A stretch of 64,000 bases of DNA, from assembly GCA_963829055.1 (NCBI GenBank), contig CAWHHI010000016.1:192001-256000 (forward strand), given 5' to 3'. Position numbers and translations under genes: made by a program. The notes under the pieces were generated by a model that was given only the letters and a program-made list of their open reading frames with translations, made no database searches and was not told the DNA's origin. This document shows positions 1-10,681 of this stretch, in pieces. Position 1 is the stretch's first letter. Each line of letters opens with the position of its first letter. The DNA comes from an uncultured Gemmatimonadaceae bacterium (GTDB lineage Bacteria; Gemmatimonadota; Gemmatimonadetes; Gemmatimonadales; Gemmatimonadaceae).

Positions 1-1
1 C

Positions 2-1240
2 AGGCAGCCGGAGAACGGCACGGCCACGAGTGTCGATGAAGCCGTCGTGGTCGCGACGCGCATCGGCTACCCGGTACTCGTCCGACCGTCCTACGTGCTC
101 GGCGGCCGCGCCATGCAGATCGTCTATGATGAGGCGTCACTGCGCGAGTACTTCGCCACCGCGGCGCGCGTGTCGGAAGACCGTCCGGTGCTCATCGACT
201 CGTTCCTCGAGGATGCGTTCGAGGCTGACGTCGATGCGGTGAGCGATGGCAAGCGCGTGGTGATCGGCGGCGTTATGCAGCACATCGAGGACGCCGGCAT
301 TCACTCGGGCGACTCGGCGTGCGTGTTGCCGCCGTACATGATTACCGATACCGATGCAGACACGATGCGTCGGCACACGATCGCGCTCGCGAAGGCGCTC
401 GGCGTGGTGGGTCTCATCAACGTGCAGTACGCCGTGAAGCACGGCGTGGTGTACGTCCTCGAGGTGAACCCGCGCGCGAGTCGCACCATCCCGTATGTCT
501 CGAAGGCGATTGGGGTCCCGCTCGCGTCGGTCGCTGCTCGTGTGATGATGGGCGAGACGCTCGACGACATCGGCTTCACCGAGGAGATCGTTCCGCACTA
601 CGTCAGCGTGAAGGAGGCCGTATTTCCGTTCACGAAGTTCCGCGAGTTCGACCCGATTCTCGGACCCGAGATGCGCTCGACGGGCGAGGTCATGGGGATC
701 TCGAACTCGTTCGGAAGCGCGTTCGCGAAGGCACAGCTCGCGGCCGACAATGCGCTGCCGCTCAACGGCGCCGTGTTCATCACGGTGAATGACTCCGACA
801 AGAAGAACGTCACCCCGATCGCACGTCAGTTCCACGAGCTCGGCTTCGAGATCTACGCGACACCGGGAACGGCGCGGTACCTCCGTGGGCTCGGTATCCA
901 GGCGACGGAGGTATTCAAGGTGCACGAGGGGCGGCCGCATGGCATCGACCTGATCGTGAACGGGCAGGTCCAGCTGCTGATCAACACGCCGCTCGGCAAA
1001 CACGCGCTGCGTGACGACTACACGCTGCGGCAGGCCGCGATCGCGAACCGTGTCTCATACACGACGACACTGTCAGCGGCCAACGCGGCGTTGATGGCGA
1101 TCATCTCCCTCCGCTCGCGGACGCCGAGCATCAAGTCGCTTCAGGAATGGCACGAGGACTTACGCACCTGGCGGGAGGCAGGGCAGACGCCGGAGTCCGC
1201 CGCGCGGACGACGCCCATCGGCGTTCCGGTTCCACGTTAG
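2..1240 (+). CDS. carB: Carbamoyl-phosphate synthase large subunit, C-terminal part (5' truncated by window)
   Basis: [51 protein letters not shown] and an MGS-like tail; frame open from base 2. Confidence 0.97.
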   Translation, partial: RQPENGTATSVDEAVVVATRIGYPVLVRPSYVLGGRAMQIVYDEASLREYFATAARVSEDRPVLIDSFLEDAFEADVDAVSDGKRVVIGGVMQHIEDAGIHSGDSACVLPPYMITDTDADTMRRHTIALAKALGVVGLINVQYAVKHGVVYVLEVNPRASRTIPYVSKAIGVPLASVAARVMMGETLDDIGFTEEIVPHYVSVKEAVFPFTKFREFDPILGPEMRSTGEVMGISNSFGSAFAKAQLAADNALPLNGAVFITVNDSDKKNVTPIARQFHELGFEIYATPGTARYLRGLGIQATEVFKVHEGRPHGIDLIVNGQVQLLINTPLGKHALRDDYTLRQAAIANRVSYTTTLSAANAALMAIISLRSRTPSIKSLQEWHEDLRTWREAGQTPESAARTTPIGVPVPR

Positions 1241-1257
1241 GCGCGACGGCCGGGACG

Positions 1258-1881
1258 ATGAGCGCGTTCATCCACGAATCCAGCTACGTCGATGATGGTG
1301 CCGTCATTGGTGACGGTACCAAGGTCTGGCACTTCTGTCACGTCATGGGCGGAGCTGTGATCGGCGAGCGCTGCAGTCTCGGCCAGAACGTGGTCGTGAT
1401 GCCCGGCACGCGCATCGGCAACAACGTCAAGATCCAGAACAACGTCTCGATCTACGAAGGCGTGGAACTCGAGGACGACGTGTTCTGCGGTCCGTCGATG
1501 GTGTTCACGAACGTCATCAATCCGCGCAGTCACGTGTCACGAAAACACGAGTACCAGCGCACGCTCGTTCGACGAGGGGCCACGATCGGCGCGAACGCGA
1601 CGATCGTCTGCGGTGCGACGCTCGGCGAGTACGCGTTCGTCGGAGCGGGTGCGGTCGTGACGAAGGACGTGAAATCGTACGCGTTGGTGACCGGAGTGCC
1701 TGCTCGGCAGGTTGGATGGATGTGTCGATGTGGGGAGAAGATTCCGGACTGCGGACAGCGGGAACAGGGCACGGAGCAACGCGGAACCGAGCGCCGCAAC
1801 GCGAATCGTCTGCGGTGCGTGCGGACACCGCCTACACGCTCGATGACGACAACTCGCGGCTCGCCGAAGCACCATGACTGA
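1258..1881 (+). CDS. wbpD: Hexapeptide-repeat sugar N-acetyltransferase (WbpD/WlbB type); 3' end probably disturbed by indels
   Basis: ATG 1258 [59 protein letters not shown]; a CGAC motif lies out of frame near 1810. Confidence 0.85.
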   Translation: MSAFIHESSYVDDGAVIGDGTKVWHFCHVMGGAVIGERCSLGQNVVVMPGTRIGNNVKIQNNVSIYEGVELEDDVFCGPSMVFTNVINPRSHVSRKHEYQRTLVRRGATIGANATIVCGATLGEYAFVGAGAVVTKDVKSYALVTGVPARQVGWMCRCGEKIPDCGQREQGTEQRGTERRNANRLRCVRTPPTRSMTTTRGSPKHHD

Positions 1882-1883
1882 GC

Positions 1884-2927
1884 ATGACTGAGACGCCTCC
1901 CATTCGCATCGCTCTCGCAGGGTGTGGGCGCATCAGCCGCAATCACTTCGATGCCATCGCGAAGATCGATGGCCTCGAGCTCGCGGCTGTCTGCGACATC
2001 ATTCCGGAGCGCGCGCGCGAGGCAGCTGACCGCTATGGCGTGCCATGGTTCGAGTCAGTCGACGAGATGCTCGCCTCGGTTCGATGCGATGCCGTCGCAC
2101 TCTGCACGCCATCCGGGCTGCATCCGAAGAACGGCATCGTTGCGGCGAGGGCCGGGAAGCACGTCATCTGCGAGAAGCCAATGGCGATCTCGCTCGAGGG
2201 TGCGGATGCGCTGGTCCAGGAGTGCGACGCGGCGGGCGTCCAGCTGTTCGTCGTGAAGCAGAATCGATTGAATCCGTCGATTCAGCTGCTCAAGCGCGCG
2301 ATTGATCGCGGTCGATTCGGTCGGATCTATCTGGCCAACACGACCGTCCGGTGGACGCGCCCCCAGGAGTACTACGACCAGGCGCCGTGGCGCGGCACGT
2401 GGGAGTTCGATGGCGGCGCCATCATGAATCAGGCGTCGCACTACGTCGACCTGATTCAGTGGCTCGTTGGACCCGTCGAGAGTGTGACGGCGAAGACTGC
2501 CACGCTCGCGCGTCGGATCGAGGCTGAAGATACGGGCATCGCCGTACTGAAATTTCGGTCGGGCGCCCTCGGCGTCATCGAAGTCACAATGCTCACCTAC
2601 CCGCGAAACCTCGAAGGATCGATCACCATTCTCGGGGAGAAGGGCAGCGTGAAAGTCGGTGGCACTGCCGTGAATCGCGTCGAGCACTGGACGTTCGCGG
2701 ACTACGATGACGACGACAAGCTCGTGGACGCGGCGTCGACCAATCCTCCGACGGTGTACGGCTTCGGCCACGAGGGCTACTACCGGAACGTGCTTGCGGT
2801 GCTGCGCGGTCAGGCCAAGGCGGAAACCGATGGACGCGCGGGGCGCAAATCACTCGAGCTGATTCTCGGGATCTACGAATCCGCGAAGACGGGCCGCGAC
2901 GTTCCCATTCCTCTCGCGCGCCGCTGA
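1884..2927 (+). CDS. wbpB: Gfo/Idh/MocA oxidoreductase, UDP-GlcNAcA 3-dehydrogenase type (WbpB/WlbA)
   Basis: GCGRIS Rossmann start, CEKPMA, WTRPQEYY..WRGTWEFDGGAIMNQASHYVD; context with wbpD/E/A. Confidence 0.85.
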   Translation: MTETPPIRIALAGCGRISRNHFDAIAKIDGLELAAVCDIIPERAREAADRYGVPWFESVDEMLASVRCDAVALCTPSGLHPKNGIVAARAGKHVICEKPMAISLEGADALVQECDAAGVQLFVVKQNRLNPSIQLLKRAIDRGRFGRIYLANTTVRWTRPQEYYDQAPWRGTWEFDGGAIMNQASHYVDLIQWLVGPVESVTAKTATLARRIEAEDTGIAVLKFRSGALGVIEVTMLTYPRNLEGSITILGEKGSVKVGGTAVNRVEHWTFADYDDDDKLVDAASTNPPTVYGFGHEGYYRNVLAVLRGQAKAETDGRAGRKSLELILGIYESAKTGRDVPIPLARR

Positions 2928-2983
2928 TCGAGCCGTCAAACAGCGACGCGGCGCGCGCTCATTCTCTCTCGACTCCTCCAGTC

Positions 2984-4096
2984 ATGCCCGTTCCGTTACT
3001 CGATCTTCGTGCGCAGCACGCGACCATCAAGGACGACGTCGTGCGCGCCATGATGCGTGTTGTCGACGACCAGCTCTTCATCCTCGGCGAGCCGGTCGAA
3101 CGGCTCGAGAAAGCAGTCGCCGAGCTGTCGCGGACGAAATACGCGATCGGGTGCGCCAACGGCACTGACGCGATTCTGCTGGCGCTCCGCGCGCTGGATG
3201 TCGGCCGCGGCGACGAGGTCGTAACGACCCCGTTCACGTTCTTCGCGACAGCGGGCACGGTGCATAACGTGGGCGCCACGCCGGTGTTCGTGGACATCGA
3301 ACCGGACACGTTCAACATCTCGGCGGATGCCGTTGGCGCCGCGGTCGGTCCGAAGACGAAAGCGGTCATCCCGGTGGACCTGTTCGGCGCGATGGCGGCA
3401 ATCGAGCGTGTCGAAGCCGCGGCGCCCGGTATTCCGATCATTGAGGATGCCGCACAGTCCATCGGCGCCAAGCGTCGAATCGGCGACAGCTGGGTCATGG
3501 CTGGAGAGCGCGCCACGATCGGCACGCTCAGCTTTTTCCCGTCCAAGAACCTCGGCGCCTATGGCGACGCAGGGATGATGCTCACGCAGGACGAGGGCCT
3601 CGCCACGCGCCTCAAGCGGCTCCGGGTTCACGGCGGGGCGAAGACCTACTACCACGACGAAGTCGGCTACAATAGCCGCCTCGACGCGCTACAGGCCGCT
3701 GTGCTCCACGCGAAGCTGGCTCACCTCGAAGGGTGGAGCGCAAAGCGCCGGGCGAATGCCGCGTACTACGATAGCGCCTTCGCGGACCTGCCCGACGTCA
3801 AAACGCCATACGTCGAGCCCTGCAACGTCTCGATCTTCAACCAGTACACGATTCGCGTTGCGCGCCGAGATGCTCTTCAGTCCTTCCTGAAGGAACGGGG
3901 TATCGGGAACTCGATCTACTACCCCCTCCCGCTCCACCTGCAGCCATGTTTCGCGTACCTGGGCTACAAGGAAGGGAGCTGTCCGGAGTCTGAGCGCGCG
4001 GCGGGAGAGGTACTATCCTTGCCGATCTTCCCAGAGCTCGAACAATCCCAACTCGACGAAGTCATCGCTGCCGTACGCTCCTTCTACGGCCGTTGA
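2984..4096 (+). CDS. wbpE: DegT/DnrJ/EryC1/StrS PLP aminotransferase (WbpE/WlbC type)
   Basis: ANGTDA, IEDAAQSIG, SFFPSKNLGAYGDAG, GYNSRLDALQAA. Confidence 0.88.
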   Translation: MPVPLLDLRAQHATIKDDVVRAMMRVVDDQLFILGEPVERLEKAVAELSRTKYAIGCANGTDAILLALRALDVGRGDEVVTTPFTFFATAGTVHNVGATPVFVDIEPDTFNISADAVGAAVGPKTKAVIPVDLFGAMAAIERVEAAAPGIPIIEDAAQSIGAKRRIGDSWVMAGERATIGTLSFFPSKNLGAYGDAGMMLTQDEGLATRLKRLRVHGGAKTYYHDEVGYNSRLDALQAAVLHAKLAHLEGWSAKRRANAAYYDSAFADLPDVKTPYVEPCNVSIFNQYTIRVARRDALQSFLKERGIGNSIYYPLPLHLQPCFAYLGYKEGSCPESERAAGEVLSLPIFPELEQSQLDEVIAAVRSFYGR

Positions 4097-4133
4097 CGCG
4101 TCGCGTCATCCGATCGTTCAATTATTGACTGTG

Positions 4134-5532
4134 ATGAAAGCAGAACTCCTTTCCCGAATTCAGGACCGCAGCGCCACCGTCGGCGTCGTGGGGCTCGGCT
4201 ACGTCGGCTTGCCGCTCGCAATGGAATTCGCGAAGGCGGGTTTCCACGTCATCGGCTACGACGTCAGCGACCGTGTGTGCAAGCTGCTCATGAGTGGCCA
4301 GTCGCACATCCAGGACGTTCCCGCGGCCGAAGTCGCCTCAATGCTCAAGAACGGGCTCTTCGAGGCGACGACCGACGAAAGCGCGCTAGGCCGTTGCGAC
4401 GCGATCTCGATTGCGGTCCCGACGCCGCTCAGCAAGACGCGCGACCCGGACATGAAGTACGTTCAGGCCGCTACCGAGGCGATCGCTCGCAATGCGCACC
4501 CTGGGATGCTCGCCGTGCTCGAGAGCACGACGTACCCCGGTACGACGCGCGAAGTCATGCAGCCCAAGCTCGAAGAGCGCGGGCTCACGGTGGGGAAGGA
4601 CGTCTTCCTCGCGTTCAGCCCCGAGCGCGTCGATCCGGGCAATCCGAAGTACCACACGAAGAACACGCCCAAGGTCGTCGGCGGCATCACGGCCGCGTGC
4701 ACTGAGGTGGCGGTGGCGCTCTACTCGTCGTGCATCGACACGGTGGTGCCAGTGTCGACGACCGAGGCGGCGGAGCTCGTGAAGCTGCTCGAGAACACGT
4801 TCCGGTCGGTGAACATCGGCCTCGTGAACGAGATGGCGATCATCTGCGAGAAGCTGCACGTCAACGTCTGGGAAGTCATCGAGGCGGCCGCGACGAAGCC
4901 ATTCGGCTTCATGAAGTTCACGCCGGGCCCCGGCATCGGCGGCCACTGCATTCCGCTCGATCCGCACTACCTCGCGTGGAAGATGCGCACCCTGAACTAC
5001 AAGACGCGCTTCATCGACCTGGCGAGCGAGATCAACAGCGAGATGCCGGCGCTCGTCGTCGACAAGGTCTCGGTTGCGCTCAACGATGACAGAAAGGCGG
5101 TCAACGGCAGCCGCATCATCGTCGTCGGCGTCGCGTACAAAAAGGACATCGACGACATCCGCGAGAGCCCTGCGCTCGACGTGATCCGCCTGCTCGAGGA
5201 GCGCGGTGCTGAAGTCGTCCATCACGACCCGTTCATCCCGCGGTTTCGTGACGGAGGTCACGATGGTGGAGGGGAGCACAAAGAGCGCATCGGCGTGCGA
5301 TCTGAGCGCCGCGGAGTTAGGCAGGGCGGACGCGGTCGTTATCGTCACGGACCACTCGCAGATCGACTACCAGCAGATCGTCGATGACGCGAACCTCGTG
5401 ATCGATACGCGCAACGCGACTGCGCACGCGAGTCGCGGGCGGGCGCGAGTCGTTTCGCTCGCCGCTGACCCCAAGCCCGCGGCGACGGCGTCGCTCGGCA
5501 CGCAGTCTCGGAAGAAGACCGCGATGACCTGA
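4134..5532 (+). CDS. wbpA: UDP-N-acetyl-D-glucosamine 6-dehydrogenase (WbpA type), +1 frameshift near 5297
   Basis: VVGLGYVGLPLA, ESTTYPGTT, KLLENTFR, GPGIGGHCIP; the C-terminus ADAVVIVTDH..VIDTRNA continues in the next frame (ORF 5206-5532). Confidence 0.88.
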
Positions 5533-5564
5533 TCGACCGGTCCTTTCGCCGGCAACGGACTAGC

Positions 5565-5601
5565 AGCGCCCGGCCGCCAATCTGGCGACCGGGCGCTTTT
5601 T
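5565..5601 (+). terminator. Rho-independent terminator after wbpA
   Basis: AGCGCCCGGCCGCCA-ATC-TGGCGACCGGGCGCT hairpin followed by TTTT. Confidence 0.8.
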
Positions 5602-5622
5602 CGTGTCCGTCGGTCTCGACCG

Positions 5623-5638
5623 TGGCCCAACGCTTGCT
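5623..5638 (+). promoter_or_regulatory. Candidate sigma-54 (-24/-12) promoter for the wzi-wza-wzc-RiPP operon
   Basis: TGGCCCAACGCTTGCT = TGGC-N7-TTGCT with GG-N10-GC spacing, just after a terminator. Confidence 0.35.
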
Positions 5639-5741
5639 TTCTGACGGTTGGCCAATGGCGTGGCAGAGGCGTCGTCTCGCCGTGGGCTCGCCGTGATGAC
5701 TCGCGGGGGTTGAGGGGCGACCGCTCCGATCTCCGCGAATC

Positions 5742-7517
5742 ATGGTGCGCGCCACCTCTCACCGTGCGCCTTCCCTGCGAACACGTCCGATTCAGATCCT
5801 TCGTTCCGCGGCGACCAGCTGTGCGTTCCCGCTCGCCTGCTGGCAGACGATTGAGCGCCTTGCGATCGCGTTCATAGCGACGCTCTTATCGTTGGCGGCG
5901 GGCGGCAACGCCGCTGCGCAGGGGCAGCCGCACTCGCTGACGACGCTGCCGATCGGCGACGCCGCGTACGCGCAGTTGGCCGCGCTCGAACGCAGCGGGT
6001 GCAGGCCGGCACGCGTCTCGCCGCATCGCCCGTTCATGGTCCGCGACGTCCAGCGAGCGGTCGCGCGGTTTGCGTCCAACCCGCAATGCGGTGGTCCGGT
6101 CGCGGTGTCACTCGCGACTCGGTTTCTGGCGGCACGCAAGCCGACGCCGCCAGGCGAGGTCGCTTCGGATCTGGCGGCGGCCGTCCGCGAATCGGAGCCC
6201 GACTCGTTGGACACGTTTCGCTTCGGCGGGCGAGCGACGATTCGTGGCACGGCGCTCGCCCGCGGCGAGTTCGAGCCGCTGTGGGCCGGCGTTAGGCCGA
6301 GCGACGAGGGGACACCGCCGGTAGTCGCTGAGGGCCGCGCGCGACTTGGCTGGTCGTCGTCGCCGCACCTCGTTGTCGTCGGTGAGTTGTATGGGCAGAC
6401 CTCGCGCCGGAATGATCCCACCGTTCGACAGCGTGCGTTCCGCAACACGTCGGGCGTCGTCGATTTCGGCGAGACCTACGCGAACGCGTCGTTAGGCAGG
6501 CTGGACGTCTCGTTCGGCCGGAGCTGGGCGTCGTGGATGGGCGAGGACACCGAGTCGATCGCGCTGTCGGCGAATGGTCCGCTCGTGGACCGGCTCGAGC
6601 TCGGCCTTCGATGGCGCGTCGCTGAAGTGCGGGCGATTGTCGCGTCAGTCAACGACGTGACAATGACGCCGGAGCTCGACAGCCTTGCCGCGGACACGCC
6701 CGAGACCCGTTTTCATCGCTGGCTCTACGGCCACGTCCTCACCATCAAACCGAACGATCGTCTTGAGTTCACGATCGGCGAAACGATATTGTCGTCACGT
6801 ACGACGGGCGGGCTCGACCTCGCGTACGCGAATCCCGTCATGGCGTATGTCATCACCCAGAACGACACAGGCCGCGTCGGTTCCGATACACGCGACAACC
6901 TCGTCGTCTTCGGCGGCGCTCGCGTTGCGCTCGGCCGCGGTCACATCGGCGCCGAGCTGACGGTGGATGACATCCAGATCGATGCCGAGGACCGGGAGAC
7001 TACAGCGGATCAGCTCGCATGGCGAGTCTATGGCGCCCTGCCGATCCCTGTTGGTACGAACTCGGGTGCGAAGGTCGAATACCGCCGCGTCGACAGCTAC
7101 GCTTACCTTCGGGACTTCTACACCGACGTGTACCAGCAGTACGATAAACCGCTGGGCTCAGTGCTCGGTCCTGGCGCGGACCTCATCCGCGCCGTGGGTG
7201 AGACGTGGATCGGTGGCGATGTGCGAGTCGCTGCCGGCATTGGGCACTGGCGTCAGGGAGGACTGCGGATCGACCAACGGCCAGCCCAAGGACCGAATGG
7301 CAACGCAAACAAGCCTTTCCCGGCCGTCACGAGCACCCGTCCAGAAGTTCAGTCCGCTCTCCTGGCGGACCTGCAAGCGCAACGGCTCAATCTTCGCGTC
7401 CCGATCTCAGTGCAACTCCAGCTCGCGCGCATCGAGAACGCGGCGAACGTGTCTGCCGCCGCGGCCCTATATGTGCGAGCAGTCATCAGCGGTTCCTATG
7501 CGTTCCGATATCCCTGA
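5742..7517 (+). CDS. Capsule assembly Wzi-family outer-membrane protein (start uncertain)
   Basis: Signal-like hydrophobic stretch, beta-strand-rich body, GRSWASW..SIALSANGP, GHVLTIKP, PLGSVLGP; directly upstream of wza/wzc. Confidence 0.65.
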   Translation: MVRATSHRAPSLRTRPIQILRSAATSCAFPLACWQTIERLAIAFIATLLSLAAGGNAAAQGQPHSLTTLPIGDAAYAQLAALERSGCRPARVSPHRPFMVRDVQRAVARFASNPQCGGPVAVSLATRFLAARKPTPPGEVASDLAAAVRESEPDSLDTFRFGGRATIRGTALARGEFEPLWAGVRPSDEGTPPVVAEGRARLGWSSSPHLVVVGELYGQTSRRNDPTVRQRAFRNTSGVVDFGETYANASLGRLDVSFGRSWASWMGEDTESIALSANGPLVDRLELGLRWRVAEVRAIVASVNDVTMTPELDSLAADTPETRFHRWLYGHVLTIKPNDRLEFTIGETILSSRTTGGLDLAYANPVMAYVITQNDTGRVGSDTRDNLVVFGGARVALGRGHIGAELTVDDIQIDAEDRETTADQLAWRVYGALPIPVGTNSGAKVEYRRVDSYAYLRDFYTDVYQQYDKPLGSVLGPGADLIRAVGETWIGGDVRVAAGIGHWRQGGLRIDQRPAQGPNGNANKPFPAVTSTRPEVQSALLADLQAQRLNLRVPISVQLQLARIENAANVSAAAALYVRAVISGSYAFRYP

Positions 7518-8252
7518 CGCTTCGCGTGGTCGGCCACACACGTACGCCCGAGGGCGTGCTCGCCAATCGAGAGCACGCATCGCGTGCATCACGTCGTGTG
7601 TCTTCGCGGTACTGGCGATGGCGGCGGCGCCGACACGCGCGCAGACGGTCCTGCCGCTGCCGGCCCCGCAGGACACAGGGACGGCTCCCCGAAACGTGGG
7701 TGCGCTCCGTCCCGGTGACGTCCTCAAGATCGCGGTCTTCCGCGACAAGGAGCTCACGGGCGATTATCCGATCGATGCGCGCGGCTATGTGCAGATTCCG
7801 GGACTCGGCGTGATCAAGGCGGCGGGTCTCGATCCGACCGAAGTCACCGATCGATTGCGGCTCGCGCTCATCGAGCGCGGATTCGCTCGCCCGGAGATCT
7901 CGGTGCAGCCGCTGATCCGCGTCTCGGTGTTAGGCGAGGTGCGTTCGCCGAACGTCTACCCGGTCGATCCGGGAACCAGCCTGCTGCAACTCCTCACCGT
8001 GGCAGGCGGACCCACGGACCGCGCGAAGCTCCAGGACACGCGCGTCATTCGCGACGGTCGCGCATTCAAGATCGACATGGACGGCGGTCTTCACGGGAGT
8101 CCCGCCGGGCGCGTGGTGCTCTATTCCAACGACGTTGTCGTCGTCGGGCGAAAGAGAGGGTTGACGAGCGAGAACCTCGGGCTTAGCGCTGACGGGTGCA
8201 TCCTTCATTCTCGTCGTGCTCAACATTGGCTTTCCTGGTGCGTCACAATTGA
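7498..8252 (+). CDS. wza: Polysaccharide export protein (Wza/Poly_export + SLBB); 3' end has apparent indels
   Basis: LRPGDVLKIAVFRDKELTGDYPIDARGYVQIPGLG, VSVLGEVRSPNVY, AGGPTDRA; the C-terminal hydrophobic helix is recovered only by a frame change near 8186; probable stop TGA 8250-8252. Confidence 0.75.
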
Positions 8253-10681
8253 GAGCTCCCTATCTTGCCCCGGTCGCGAACGGTGACGATGCGCCGGTGG
8301 GCGGCGATGCCTTCTCGGTGCGCGACGTGCTGCTCGCCGTGCGCCGTCGCTGGTGGGCGGTCCCCATCGTGTTCGTGCTGTTCGTGTCGTTCGGTATCTG
8401 GCGAACGATGCGCGAACCGCACATTTACCGCGCGGCGACTACCGTCCGCATCGAGAACGCGACGTCGCCTATTGCGGGCGTACAGACGAGCGCGCCGACC
8501 TACGACTATCGGATCGATCCGATGGTGTCGGAGCAACAGGTCATCAAGAGCCGGATGGTTGCCGAGCGTGTCGTCAACGCGCTCGGCCTGCGTCTCCGCG
8601 TGGTCGAACCGTCGGGCCTCGAGCGCGCCGATCTGTTCGGTGGGGTGCCGCCACTCGTGGATTCCACCGCACCTCCGGGCGACCTCAGGCTCACGTTAGG
8701 CGCGACGACGTACTCGCTGAGCACCGGCGGCATCAAGTACGCCACCGCGACGTACGGTCGAGCGGTCGCCGGCGGCGGCGTGAGATTCGTCGTGCCGGAG
8801 CGGCCGCCGGTCCGCGAGCAGAGCGTCCTGCTCGAGATACTTCCGCTCGCGGCGGCCGCGGCCGAGCTGCGCGGTTCGATCGCGACGAAGGTCCTGCCGC
8901 AGACGAACATCGTCGAGATCTCGTATGTCGGCACCGAGCCCGCACTCGTCCGCGACGTGACGAACGCCGTCGCCCGCGAGTATGCCGCCGTTTCCAGCGA
9001 AATGCAGCGCGCGAATGCGCGTGCAAGGAGTCAGTTCATCGCGTCGTCGCTGCGTGATCAACGTCTGCGGCTGGACTCGGCCCAGGACGCACTCAAGAAC
9101 TTCAAGGAGCGCGAGCAGATCGGCGATGTGAACTCCGAGCAGGCGGCGCTCGCCCAAAGCATCCATCGGATGGAAGAGGCGAAGCAGTCGGGCCTCGTCG
9201 AGCAGCAGATCTATTACACGCTCGTGGGCAAGCTCACGGCGGCGGACACGGCTGACGAAGAGCTTCGCCGTCTCGTGGGCACCGAGGCCGTCGAGAAGAA
9301 TCGCTACATCGCGAACCTTTACGACCGCTGGTTCAGCCTCGTGAAGGAGCGCGAAACGCTCTATGCGCGCGGTCGGACGGAGAAGAACGAGGACGTGAAG
9401 GCAGTGCAGCGTTTGATCAGCCGGACGAAGGAAGACGTCCAGAGCGCGAGCCAACTCTATCTGCTGGCGCTGCAGTCGCGCCTCGGCTCGCTCGACAAGT
9501 CGATCGCGAACCTTCGCGTGCAGACGGAGAAATATCCGAAGCTCGAAGCCGAGCAGACGCGGCTCTCGGCGACGATGGGGACGATGCAGCGAACGTTCGA
9601 CAACCTCCAGTCCGAGTTCCAGCTCGCGCGGATCTCCGAGTCGGTGGACGCCGGTCGCGTGCAGTCCATCGACGAAGCCACGCTCCCCACGTTTGCCGTC
9701 TCGCCCAACCGTAAGCGCGCGATCACGTACTCCGCGCTCGTGGGCCTGCTTCTCGGGTTCGCGCTGGCGTTCGCGCTCGACCGGCTCGACGACTCCGTCA
9801 AATCGCCGGACGAGTTGCGAGAGCAGATGGATCTTCCGATGCTCGGCTTGATTCCGGCGATCCGTGCGGAGCGAGGCAGTCGCCGGACGGCCGACTCGAC
9901 GGCCGGCCGACTGATCACACATGCCGACCCGCGATCGCCGGTAGCCGAGGCGTACCGTTCCATGCGAACGAACCTGGCGTTCGCGCGCGCGCAGCAGTCG
10001 CCGCAGGCAATCGTGGTGGCGAGTCCTGGACCGTCCGATGGCAAGTCGACCACCGTCGCAAACCTCGCCATCACGTTCGCTCAGCAGGGCCAGCGTACGC
10101 TGTTGATCGACGCGGACCTGAGGCGCGCGGTGCTCGACAAGGCGTTCTCGATTCCGCGTTCGCCGGGGCTCACCGAAGTCATCATCGGGGAAGCGTCGCT
10201 CGAGGACGCGGTGCACGAGACGGCGGTGCCGAACCTGTCGCTCGTTGCCAGCGGTCGTTTCCCGCCGAACCCGGCCGAGCTGCTCGGCTCGGTGCGCATG
10301 CAGGAAATACTGCACGAAGCCAAAGCACAGTTTGACGTCGTGCTGCTGGACTCGCCGCCGCTCCTGGCGGTGACCGATGCCGCGGTGCTCGCTACGATGG
10401 TCGATGGCGTCGTGCTCGTAGTTCGCACGGAGCGTACGAAGCGTGATGCGGTGCGGCGGGCGCTCGGACACATCCACTCGGTCCGCGGGCGCTTGTTAGG
10501 CGCCGTGCTGAACGACGTGGATCTTCGAAGCGGCGCGTACTATGGCAGCTATGGGCACTACTATTACTCGTATTACGGTACCGATCGCCGTGCCAGCAAC
10601 GGAGGTGGTGCGGTGCGGCGACTGCGCCAGCTCGTCGGGCGCGGCGCGTCCAACAACGGCGAGAGCGACGAAGGCGCGTGA
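8249..10681 (+). CDS. wzc: Polysaccharide co-polymerase / tyrosine autokinase (Wzc)
   Basis: Two TM segments, coiled periplasmic region, SPVAEAYRSMRTN, Walker A GPSDGKST, LLIDADLRR, PPNPAELL, DSPP, Tyr-rich tail YYGSYGHYYYSYYG; TTG 8249 start inferred. Confidence 0.93.
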   Translation: MRAPYLAPVANGDDAPVGGDAFSVRDVLLAVRRRWWAVPIVFVLFVSFGIWRTMREPHIYRAATTVRIENATSPIAGVQTSAPTYDYRIDPMVSEQQVIKSRMVAERVVNALGLRLRVVEPSGLERADLFGGVPPLVDSTAPPGDLRLTLGATTYSLSTGGIKYATATYGRAVAGGGVRFVVPERPPVREQSVLLEILPLAAAAAELRGSIATKVLPQTNIVEISYVGTEPALVRDVTNAVAREYAAVSSEMQRANARARSQFIASSLRDQRLRLDSAQDALKNFKEREQIGDVNSEQAALAQSIHRMEEAKQSGLVEQQIYYTLVGKLTAADTADEELRRLVGTEAVEKNRYIANLYDRWFSLVKERETLYARGRTEKNEDVKAVQRLISRTKEDVQSASQLYLLALQSRLGSLDKSIANLRVQTEKYPKLEAEQTRLSATMGTMQRTFDNLQSEFQLARISESVDAGRVQSIDEATLPTFAVSPNRKRAITYSALVGLLLGFALAFALDRLDDSVKSPDELREQMDLPMLGLIPAIRAERGSRRTADSTAGRLITHADPRSPVAEAYRSMRTNLAFARAQQSPQAIVVASPGPSDGKSTTVANLAITFAQQGQRTLLIDADLRRAVLDKAFSIPRSPGLTEVIIGEASLEDAVHETAVPNLSLVASGRFPPNPAELLGSVRMQEILHEAKAQFDVVLLDSPPLLAVTDAAVLATMVDGVVLVVRTERTKRDAVRRALGHIHSVRGRLLGAVLNDVDLRSGAYYGSYGHYYYSYYGTDRRASNGGGAVRRLRQLVGRGASNNGESDEGA

